64,000 bases of DNA from NCBI GenBank assembly GCA_016187035.1, contig JACPKL010000008.1:35990-99989 (forward strand), read 5' to 3'. Source of the DNA: Candidatus Daviesbacteria bacterium. Lineage in GTDB: Bacteria > Patescibacteriota > Microgenomatia > Daviesbacterales > UBA10151. A program made the position numbers and the translations under genes. This document shows, piece by piece, positions 16,186 through 25,200 of the stretch; position 1 is the first letter of the stretch; each line of letters starts with the position of its first letter. Under the pieces are notes generated by a model. The model was not told the DNA's origin. It did no database searches and saw only the letters and a list, made by a program, of their open reading frames with translations.

Positions 16186-19100
16186 AAAAAATATTACTCA
16201 GCGCAGTTAATATCCTTGTTATTTTTAACCTGCTATTTTACCAGTTAGCCCCAGCGCTTATCCATGCCCAGGAAGAACCTTTGCCAGAAGAAGCGCCTGC
16301 TGCGGAAACCCAGGAATCAGAAGTACCACAGGAATCAGTTACAGCAGGAGAGGAAGAACAGGTAGCAGCAGCTTTGGCGGATAACGAGGATGATGAAACA
16401 GGTGTTGACTCAGGTATTGGTATTATTGATGTTGCAGATGCTGTGACAGGAGCGCCGGCAGAGGTAATTGAGGCAGTTGTTGATGGTGCGGAATCTGTCG
16501 TTGACGGACTGCAGGGTTTGGGCGGAACTGTACAGCAAGCTTTTGATAATAGCGATCAAGAAGGTATTTTAACAAGGAGAGCAGAAGAACTGGAGGCTGA
16601 GGAGCAGGCAAGACTTGAAGCACAAAGATTGGCTGTAGAAGAGGCTTTAAACAGGTCTCCTGAGGAAAGATCACGTTCTGTTGCCCAAGCTCTTGAACTG
16701 CCGGAGGATACCTCGGCTGAACAGGTTGTAAACGAGCTTAACAACTTGGTTAACCAAACTGGGATAAAGATAGAGGGAGATCCCAGTTCGCTTGTATTGA
16801 CACAGGTTTCTTTGACTGAGGATGAGTTGGTGGAGCAAGTGTCGCTTGCCCTTACTCTTCCTCCGGTAGAAAGAGACGCAGAGCTAGAGCGGATAAAACA
16901 GCAGGTTCTAGGCGGGACAGAGTTTGTTGCCAATCTTGTTACCCAAGACTTCTACAATCTTTTCAAGCACACGACAGATCTTCAGTTCAATGACTTACCA
17001 AGAATTGAAGGGCTGAAAATCCAAGCAGGATTTGATGATGATTACATTAGAAATAATACAGCAGACTATCTTCGACAAACTAAAGACTTACAGAAATTGA
17101 CAAGCGAGCAGCTTGAACAGCAGATTCAAGGTCTTTATACATATTTAGCAGAAGATGAAGCGAATCGCGCAACTGAGCAGTTAAGAGCTAAGAAAGAATA
17201 CGCAGATGCTCTCAAGGAAGTTGAACAAAAAGCTCGAGACCTTCAACAGGAAGCTCAAATCACAGGCGCCCTGGCTCTTGCAGGATATATTCCTGTAGAT
17301 CAGTTGGCAGCACCGGCCATAAAAAGAGTGGCACAATCAGTAGAGACAAGAACAGGTTTACTTATCAGAGCCCAAAGTTTCCTGGGTCAAGCAGGTGATT
17401 TTGCAAATGGACTGTTTGGGAGAGGGACAAACCAAGTAGCAGAGACAGGCACACGCACAGCTTTGAGTAAAGCTGAGCCGGTTTTTGCTATGCCTGCCCG
17501 GGTTGGTGAGTCTGTTGTAGCGGGTACATTTGGAATTCGAGCCGACTCAGTTGCGGGCCCTTTATACTATTCTAGGGAGGTTATACCGAGAGCAGCTAGT
17601 CTCTCGGAAAGGTTATTAGGCCCCCACGACATAATAAATGACGCAGCGGATCAGCAAGTTAAGCAGGCTGTTGAAAATTTGAGAAGAATTTATCCTGACG
17701 AGTATGCTTCTCCTGAAAAGGCAGCAGAAGCGGAAGCTATGCTTAGAGGTGCCCTCTTAGGAAAATTGCAAGCAGAGAGGGAGATGGCTGAGAGGTTAAT
17801 TGCTGACTGGGTTTACAGAGAAGTCCCCGAAGGGGATATTTACTTAGCAATGGATGCGTCCAGAAGGTTAAACAATTTCCTTTTGACTCCCGGTGCAAGC
17901 CTTAAGAATCTCCCGGATGACTTGCGCTATGCATTTAATGCAGGGGTCTATGACTCTAGGGTTGAGAGCGGGCTTTCAACTGTTGTTGGTATGATGGATA
18001 CTGCAGACTCCATACTTACTCAGCAGTATAATGCGTCAAGAATTCAGAATCAGATAAATACATCCTCTGAGATCTTGCTTCGTCTTAAAGAGTATGCTTT
18101 GTCTAACGGAGCTGATGATATTAGTTTCCGAAATTTACATCGTGTTGCCGATCCAAAGTCCATACATATCGTGACTGCAGCAGATATGCAGCGATATTCA
18201 CCAGATGTTCCTGCTGGTGGTTTGTTTCTTTCTCGTGATCAACAAATTCTTTTAAGGGAAGAGGCGGCGGACCGCGTAGGTGTTTTAGCTCATGAGTGTA
18301 TTCACAGGGCTTGTAGTATTAACCGTTTAGATGATGGTACAACCTATCAAGCTATGGTCCAAGCCCTTGGGGGGCAGAATTTGGAGCAGGGTGAAAACAA
18401 CTACAGTAAGCTTGCGGAGGGGCTTACTCAATGGACTCTCACAAAAGGTAGGGAACTAGCTGGTGTTGTTGATGATGCAGGCCCGGGTTACATTCCACAG
18501 GTTGCGGCTGTTGAGGAGATTGTAACAACAATACAAAAGAATGCCCGGGTCTCGAGGGAGCGAGCTGAAGCTATAGTAATAGAGGCGCAAGTTAGCGGGT
18601 ATTATGGTAAGTTGCATGAGCCGCTTGGGCATCGGTGGTTGGGGCCAATAGATCGTGGGAGTGATAAACAGGTTGGGAATGAGATTTTGCGCGATATTCT
18701 CGATAGAACTCCGAAGACTACTTCCAATGTTGATTACAGACAACCTAAGCCCGAGCCAAGTACTGTAATTACCCCGGCGAATATTGGAAGGGCTACTGTA
18801 GCAGTTGGTGGTGCCGGGGTACTGGGGTATCTTAGTCATCTTGCTAATCAGGCTGTGCACCCTATAAAAGAGAGTGATAAAAATCCTTCAAGACGTTTGT
18901 TGCCTATGATTTTAGTTAAACCTGTTTATGCTCAAGGTACTATTTCGCAGAATCAGATGTCTAGTTTGTCGGATTTTGAGCAGCGTATCAGAGTTCAACT
19001 GGTTAAGGATGCTTTGAAGGCAAATGGTGAAGTTAATCAAGTATATCTTGAAAATGCGGCTCGTGTACAAATTTTTGCTCCACAGGTTTTGCAGATTACT

Positions 19101-19964
19101 GATGGTTTTGCTTTTGTAACTGGGGAAGCAGGTAGTTCAGAAGGTCAGTTGCCGGCAGGTACTTATTTGGTAGATGTGTCCGCTTTAGCTAACACTGAGA
19201 TTTCAGTACCGCAGAGTGTTGAAATTGGCGAGAAAGCGGTTACGATCGCGGTTGGCATTAGGGAAGGTTCTGGGAATGTAAAGAAAATAAGAGCAGAAAA
19301 CACTAAGAATTCTCTTGTTGCATATGCAGCAGAACAAAAAGGAAAGCAAAGTGTAAAAGTTTTGACTTACTACGACGAAAATGGGAACGGAAAGTGGGAT
19401 AAGAGTGAGCACTCTGTTCCTTGGGCTGGGGTGCAGGTGGAGTTAAAGAATATGCACCAGGATAAACTCGTTTCCCTACTTTCTGGTTGGAACTTGGTAA
19501 CTTTGACTGCTGTGCCGAGTAAACCATTGACTGCTTCCGGGTTAGTTACGGAGATTGCAAAACAAGAGGGTTATGCAACAACTATTTCGACTTTGGAAAA
19601 TGGGAGTTGGAAATCATTTGTGCAAAGAGGAGACAAGAAATATACAGGGGAAGATTTTGTGATAGAACCAGGGAAGGCATATTTTGTTAAGGCTCTGAAA
19701 AGATCTGCTTTCCTCTATCAAGGTCAAGAGTTTGTTGCCCCAATTAAACTTAACCTAGACTCGGGTTGGAATGGGGTAGGTATCCCTTTTTCTCAAAAAG
19801 ATTATAAAGCCTCAGATTTTAAAGCTGAGGTAGCTGCCAGGTGGGAATCAGGAGCTTGGGATGCTTTTGTTAAACTGGAAGAAGAATATGGCAATAATTT
19901 TCCAATTGAAAATGACAGGGGGTATATTGTCAAGGTAGGGCAAAATACAGAGTTTAAGCCTTAA
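16182..19964 (+). CDS. 1260-aa secreted/membrane protein: signal peptide, acidic region, coiled coil, HExxH motif, C-terminal GWN-repeat modules
   Basis: The ATGA junction couples it to the upstream gene. Signal is MKKILLSAVNILVIFNLLFYQLAPALIHA. HECIH at 18291-18305. Hydrophobic stretch ATVAVGGAGVLGYL. C-terminal LLSGWNLVTL / LDSGWNGVGIP modules. Confidence 0.7.
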   Translation: MKKILLSAVNILVIFNLLFYQLAPALIHAQEEPLPEEAPAAETQESEVPQESVTAGEEEQVAAALADNEDDETGVDSGIGIIDVADAVTGAPAEVIEAVVDGAESVVDGLQGLGGTVQQAFDNSDQEGILTRRAEELEAEEQARLEAQRLAVEEALNRSPEERSRSVAQALELPEDTSAEQVVNELNNLVNQTGIKIEGDPSSLVLTQVSLTEDELVEQVSLALTLPPVERDAELERIKQQVLGGTEFVANLVTQDFYNLFKHTTDLQFNDLPRIEGLKIQAGFDDDYIRNNTADYLRQTKDLQKLTSEQLEQQIQGLYTYLAEDEANRATEQLRAKKEYADALKEVEQKARDLQQEAQITGALALAGYIPVDQLAAPAIKRVAQSVETRTGLLIRAQSFLGQAGDFANGLFGRGTNQVAETGTRTALSKAEPVFAMPARVGESVVAGTFGIRADSVAGPLYYSREVIPRAASLSERLLGPHDIINDAADQQVKQAVENLRRIYPDEYASPEKAAEAEAMLRGALLGKLQAEREMAERLIADWVYREVPEGDIYLAMDASRRLNNFLLTPGASLKNLPDDLRYAFNAGVYDSRVESGLSTVVGMMDTADSILTQQYNASRIQNQINTSSEILLRLKEYALSNGADDISFRNLHRVADPKSIHIVTAADMQRYSPDVPAGGLFLSRDQQILLREEAADRVGVLAHECIHRACSINRLDDGTTYQAMVQALGGQNLEQGENNYSKLAEGLTQWTLTKGRELAGVVDDAGPGYIPQVAAVEEIVTTIQKNARVSRERAEAIVIEAQVSGYYGKLHEPLGHRWLGPIDRGSDKQVGNEILRDILDRTPKTTSNVDYRQPKPEPSTVITPANIGRATVAVGGAGVLGYLSHLANQAVHPIKESDKNPSRRLLPMILVKPVYAQGTISQNQMSSLSDFEQRIRVQLVKDALKANGEVNQVYLENAARVQIFAPQVLQITDGFAFVTGEAGSSEGQLPAGTYLVDVSALANTEISVPQSVEIGEKAVTIAVGIREGSGNVKKIRAENTKNSLVAYAAEQKGKQSVKVLTYYDENGNGKWDKSEHSVPWAGVQVELKNMHQDKLVSLLSGWNLVTLTAVPSKPLTASGLVTEIAKQEGYATTISTLENGSWKSFVQRGDKKYTGEDFVIEPGKAYFVKALKRSAFLYQGQEFVAPIKLNLDSGWNGVGIPFSQKDYKASDFKAEVAARWESGAWDAFVKLEEEYGNNFPIENDRGYIVKVGQNTEFKP

Positions 19965-19967
19965 ATT

Positions 19968-20669
19968 ATGAGTAAATTGATTACCGTCACTGTTCTTTTA
20001 TTATTAATCATTAGCTTGCCTGCGGTTTTGTATCTTGTCAGCAAACAAACTCAATTTTTTTCTAAAGCCTCAGCCGGTTCTGAGCCGAACGAGATCCAGA
20101 TTACCAATTTAGCTGATAATTCTTTTACAGTCAGCTTTACCACTACAGCACAAGTACCCGTCTTTATCCAGTATGGCGCCAGTGAAAGTTTAGGATTTGC
20201 TGCAACTGATGATCAGGATCAATCTAATTCTTCTCCCAGGTTTACTCATCACATTACTTTAAAAAACCTGGATCCTGAAACTGAAATCTATTATAAGATT
20301 AATTCAGGAGGGAAAATATTTGATAAAAGTGGTCAGCCTTTTCAGCAGAGGACTGCTCAAGTGGTCAAAGATACTCCACCACTGCCTTCACCGGTTTTTG
20401 GCAAAGTCATTTTTGAAGACAAATCTACTTTTAAGGAAGCTGTTGTTTACTTAAAATTAAAAGACGGCCAGAAACTATCTTCTTTTATAAGAGAAGGAGG
20501 TAACTTTCTGATCGTTTTAAACAGTGCCAGAACAGAGAATTTATCAAGTTTTGTCAGTCCTAAAGCTGGGGATAACATGAAGATTACTGTACGGTCAGCA
20601 AATAATCAAATCATCAAAGAAACAAAATATAGCGGCGAAAATAAACCATTGTCTGATATTACCATATAG
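19968..20669 (+). CDS. TM-anchored FN3-like + Ig-like protein (paralog B)
   Basis: ITNLADNSFTVSFTT...THHITLKNLDPETEIYYKI, then VFGKVIFEDKSTFKEAVVYLK. Same architecture as 15472-16185. Confidence 0.65.
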   Translation: MSKLITVTVLLLLIISLPAVLYLVSKQTQFFSKASAGSEPNEIQITNLADNSFTVSFTTTAQVPVFIQYGASESLGFAATDDQDQSNSSPRFTHHITLKNLDPETEIYYKINSGGKIFDKSGQPFQQRTAQVVKDTPPLPSPVFGKVIFEDKSTFKEAVVYLKLKDGQKLSSFIREGGNFLIVLNSARTENLSSFVSPKAGDNMKITVRSANNQIIKETKYSGENKPLSDITI

Positions 20670-20681
20670 TATAATTTTAGG

Positions 20682-21071
20682 GTGAAACATTTAGCTATTT
20701 TTAAAGAAGATGGAGCAGATAAAATATTATCAGGGGAGAAAACTATTGAAAGCAGGTTTTCCAGACGGCGGATTGCTCCTTTTGGTCAAGTTAGCAGTGG
20801 AGATTTAGTTTATATAAAGCCAGCTGGGAAAGAGGTTATTGGCCAATTTAGAGTACAAAAAGTGATCTTTTATGATGGGCTGGGGATAGAGGAAATAAGG
20901 GAAATCAGAGAAGAATATGGAAAAAAAATAGCTGTGGAAGAGAGTTATTGGAAAGGGAAAGGAGATTGCCGGTATGGGACTTTAATCTTCATAGGAGAAT
21001 CTGTCCGTTTCATTACCTCACCTATAAGACTTAAGAAAAAAGACCAAAGAGGCTGGGTGGTGTTAAGATAA
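20682..21071 (+). CDS. ASCH-domain protein
   Basis: ILSGEKTIESRF...GDLVYIK...GQFRV pattern of the ASCH/PUA-like fold. GTG start. Confidence 0.6.
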   Translation: MKHLAIFKEDGADKILSGEKTIESRFSRRRIAPFGQVSSGDLVYIKPAGKEVIGQFRVQKVIFYDGLGIEEIREIREEYGKKIAVEESYWKGKGDCRYGTLIFIGESVRFITSPIRLKKKDQRGWVVLR

Positions 21072-21075
21072 AATG

Positions 21076-21084
21076 TGATATAAT
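21076..21084 (+). promoter_or_regulatory. Extended -10 (TGaTATAAT) 6 nt upstream of ATG 21091
   Basis: tgatataat at 21076-21084. The ATG follows after ttttat, implying a leaderless or near-leaderless mRNA. Confidence 0.4.
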
Positions 21085-21090
21085 TTTTAT

Positions 21091-21300
21091 ATGCCTTTAA
21101 TCTGGGATTATGATATAAATGAGCTGAAGAAAACTAAATCAGGCAGGCTCCTGATTTTGGAAAGATTAATTAATTATGGCCCCACCAATAAAAGGGAAAA
21201 AATCAGTTTATCTGAGGTCAAGAAGAATTGGGAAAGACTCAAAGGTAACTTATTCCCATTGCCAAAAAGACTAATGGAACTTCTTATATGGGGAAAGTGA
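21091..21300 (+). CDS. Small protein, putative partner/antitoxin of the downstream AbiEii-like toxin
   Basis: 69 aa. Overlaps the next gene by 13 nt. No recognisable motif. Confidence 0.45.
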   Translation: MPLIWDYDINELKKTKSGRLLILERLINYGPTNKREKISLSEVKKNWERLKGNLFPLPKRLMELLIWGK

Positions 21301-21956
21301 ATCAAAGAATAAATCTTACTCCAAAACAGCAGATCATATTTAATGAGTTCAAAAAAAGCGACTTTTTAAAACAAAACTTCTATTTTACAGGTGGAACCGC
21401 TCTTTCTGCTGTTTATTTAAACCATAGATTATCTGAAGACTTGGATTTTTTCTCTCAAGAAAAGTTTGATACTTTACCAATAGAAAATTTGATAACAGCT
21501 TGGGGGCAGAAATACCAGTTTAAAATTAATTTAAGGGAGGAGGAAGTAGTCAAAGTTTTTCTTCTGCAATTTGAAGATAAAGAGCAACTTAAAGTTGATT
21601 TTGGCTATTATCCTTATAAAAGATTAAGGCCAGGACAGGCCATTGACTGCGTGGAGATTGACAGTTTATTTGATATCGCTGTTAACAAGCTGCAGACCAT
21701 ACATCAAAGAGAGAATGTTAAGGATTTTGTTGATCTTTACTTTTTACTTAAGGATTTCACAGTGTGGGATCTAATAGAAGGTGTGAGGATAAAGTTTCGC
21801 ATGGAAGTAGACCCTTATACTATCGCAGCAGCTTATCTAAAAGCTGAAAGGTTTGATAGTTTGCCAAAAATGCTGGTATCACTGGATTTATCAGAACTTC
21901 AAGCGTTTTATAAAGATTTAGCTAAAAAGCTGGGCAAAAGTGTGGTAAAGCCTTAA
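21288..21956 (+). CDS. Nucleotidyltransferase AbiEii/AbiGii-family toxin (type IV TA / abortive infection)
   Basis: FTGGTALSAVYLNHRLSEDLDFF N-terminal signature. Size 222 aa. Confidence 0.7.
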   Translation: MGKVNQRINLTPKQQIIFNEFKKSDFLKQNFYFTGGTALSAVYLNHRLSEDLDFFSQEKFDTLPIENLITAWGQKYQFKINLREEEVVKVFLLQFEDKEQLKVDFGYYPYKRLRPGQAIDCVEIDSLFDIAVNKLQTIHQRENVKDFVDLYFLLKDFTVWDLIEGVRIKFRMEVDPYTIAAAYLKAERFDSLPKMLVSLDLSELQAFYKDLAKKLGKSVVKP

Positions 21957-22201
21957 GGAGTAAATCTAACTTTAAAGCGGCGTTCATTAACCTTAAAAGT
22001 GGGTACTGGAATTTCATCCTGAATAGTATCTTCAACTCTTTGGAAATCTCCGCTTAATCCATTAGCTGCTTCATTAGTAGCTTTAGGCTTAAAAATCAGG
22101 GGGTGTTTAACCAAATATAATCCCACACTCAAACCAGCCAGTATTATTAATAAAGTAACAATCTTTTTCCAGTTTGCTTGAACTATTTCCATATTCTTCA
22201 T
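21953..22201 (-). CDS. Small TM-anchored protein (last gene of 4-gene operon)
   Basis: 82 aa. TM segment IVTLLIILAGLSVGLYLV. ATGA overlap with the upstream giant gene. Confidence 0.5.
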   Translation of the reverse strand: MKNMEIVQANWKKIVTLLIILAGLSVGLYLVKHPLIFKPKATNEAANGLSGDFQRVEDTIQDEIPVPTFKVNERRFKVRFTP

Positions 22202-25200
22202 ATACCAATCGCTTCAACACTAGGAGCAGGAGTTTGCTCTTCACCTAATGTATAAATTACACTAATACTGTCAGCGCTGCCATCCTCAAAAGTTCTAATC
22301 AAAGAGCAGGTCATGGAAGTTTGGTCCTCAGGAATAGACAACCATATATCTTCCCCTGAGTTCATAATATCACCGGTTGTTTCACCTGGGCACTCCAGCA
22401 CTGCTGAAGAAGTAACTTCTGGTTCATCAGGAGCAGGTGCCGGGGCAGGCAGATTAAAGTTAATAGGATGTGGTTGAATGTTTGTTTCTAAATTATCTGC
22501 GGTGAAAGTTACTGTATATGATCCCGGGTCTAAAGGTTTATATTCTGCATAATAGGTGCAGCCACCTTTGCATAGACTTTGATCAATGTTAGCAGAAATA
22601 GTTTCTTCTCCGTGTGGGCTGGTGACCAAAAACTTAGGGTTTTGGAGGGATTGGCCGTCAGTATATATAAATTTAATAGGTTGGTTAACTGGCACATCAC
22701 CATTATTATCAGGGAAAGGTTCGATACTGACAGTTATCAAGAGGGAATCTAGACTTAATTCTAGTGATTCTCTGGGTAAAGTTACTCTGTCCCAGCCGGT
22801 TGTTGACCTGAATTTATCTGATATTTCAAAAGCCCCTGTCTGGACATCATAATAAAGTATTTCTCCGGAATTGGAAGTTATTACTTCAACAGGGTTGCCG
22901 TTAACTGATTTATCAACCGGGATTTGTGAAGAAGTATTGTTTTGATTTCTGGCATTAATAACCACATCAACCAGCTCTACTGTCTTATCATCTGAAGGGT
23001 TGTTTACCGGAGTGACAAACGGAACTATATGGAAAGAATAATTTTGGTTATTTTTAACTTTTCGGCCGTTTTTCCAGGAAACAGCAGTACATTTAAATGC
23101 AGGCCTTGGGTTAGTTCCCTCAGAATAAAACTCTTCCTGAATCAAATATTCACCATTGGGATCTAAATCATCCAGCCTGGAAGAAAGATTAGTATTAGCT
23201 TCAGCAGTAAACCTTAAAGAATCATTAACATAAATATTAACCCTGTTATATTCAGCAGGCAGCGTTCCTTTAACATCAGGGTAAGAAACAGTAGTGGTAT
23301 CAGTTTGCCCAACCTTTGTTGCACACCAAAGCACAGATCCTATTACCGGTGTTTGGACAAACTGGATATCTGAAAGCAAGGTTAATTTAGCTTTTGCCAG
23401 TGTTTGGTATTGATCAGTGTCCTGGTGGCTTACCCAGAGTTCATATTCTCCTGGGATCAACTTTAAATTCTTAAAATCTAACACATAAGAGTGACAATTG
23501 GCAAAATCAGCATAAGGTAGAGCTATTAATTTAGGGGAGGATTCTTGGATCTGATATAGCTCAAGCTTAATTGATGCATTCTGGCAAGCTTCATCTTCAT
23601 TTTCAGTAAACATTTTCCCGCCGATATTGACAGTTCCGGCAGAAATAGGTACTTCCATTTCCTGTAAACCATTAATATAAGCTTTAACCTGGGCAGTTTT
23701 TTTGATAGAGGCTGGAATTGGAGTTGGGGCAGGTTGTTCAGTTGCAGGAGCTGTTGGTTCAGCACCAACTGGTGCTTGGGCAAATTTGCCTAAGTTATAT
23801 CTTTTTTGAATACATTCTGCAAAAGTGATTGATCTATTAGTTGTTTCTTTTAAAACCAGGGGAGCACAGGTGTTTTCTGCCAGATTATCACAATCTTTTT
23901 CTTTTACCCCTGTTTTACCAGCTTCCCCGCACCAGGCTCCAATAATACTGTCTATACTTACCTGATCTGTCCAGACATTTCTTAGCTGGTCAATAGGAGC
24001 AACTATGGCAGGAGCTGTAAATAATCTTTCTGCTGCTGTTTTGACACAGGATTCCAAATCCTGGAATGCATCTACTTTCAGGTTCTGACAGCCTCTTTGG
24101 ACAACAGTTTGCTCACATCTTCTGCCATTATTGTCATCTAGTCCCTCATCTGGATGATGGGCTTTCCAGACAAACTCGCAATATTGTCCAACATATTCAT
24201 CAAACTTAACTTCACCTTCATCTAATTGCTGCTTTATATTTCTTGGTATATTCTGGTCTTCTTCTGAACAAACCAAAAATTTATCTTTGGTATCTTTCAT
24301 ACAAGTATCAACGTCATCCCCATACCCAGTACAAGTTTGTGTACCTAGATAAGTTCTACAACTTTTGCCTCCACAAGTGTTTGTTACATTAGTACAGTAA
24401 TAATCAGTTTTTTGCTTAATTTGGCAATCTCTATCACAAGGAGCTGCTGCAGCCGGAGCAGCTGCAGGGGGCGGCGGTGGGGTTGCTGGGGCTGGTGGAG
24501 CAGCCGGTGGTGGAGTAGCTGGTGCTGCTACTGGAGCTACCGGGGCAGCATTAGACAGCAATGAATACTGGTAGTCTGACATACACTTGTTTTTGTCTGC
24601 ATCAGATTTGCACATCTCAAAAGTCTGCCAGCAGATTTCGTCTGTAGGACTACAAAAATCTGAAGCTGTTAGGGTAACAGGTCCTGCTGCAGGTGGGGGA
24701 GCTGGAGGTGCTGGTGGAGCAGCAGGGGGTGGAGCTGCAGGTGGTGGGGGAGGGGCTGCTCCTGAACCTCCAGTTGCTGCGGCTGATGAAGCTGCTTCTT
24801 CTCTGGCTTTATTTATTGCTTCCTGACGTGATGATAATACACACTCATTAAAAGCATCCAGGTATATATCCTCATCATAGCAATTATTAGCTTGGTTATA
24901 TCCTAAACACACTTGAGGATTATAATCAGGGACACTCTGAGGTTTATTATTGCAAGTTTCCTCAATCCTGATTTTTGCTTGTTCTTTTTTGCGTTGTGTA
25001 TTTATACCTGCAAAATGATCTGTGACACATTCTTTAGGGACAATAGCAGGATCTTCTAATATTTTACTGGTACATTCAGCTATTACTGATGATTTACAAG
25101 CAGAATCTTTCTGACACTTATTATCGCTTACGCTGATTAATTGATCAAATTTATCTGGATATCCAATATAAAGCCCATGAAGCCTGAGAGTATCTTCGCT

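Noticed and set aside
24420-24790. GC-rich tracts as foreign DNA insertion or G-quadruplex element; also the + strand ORF 24587-24826 (Gly-rich)
   Set aside because: The tracts are in frame in the 1495-aa minus-strand gene and encode Pro/Ala linkers. The Gly-rich + strand ORF is just the antisense shadow.
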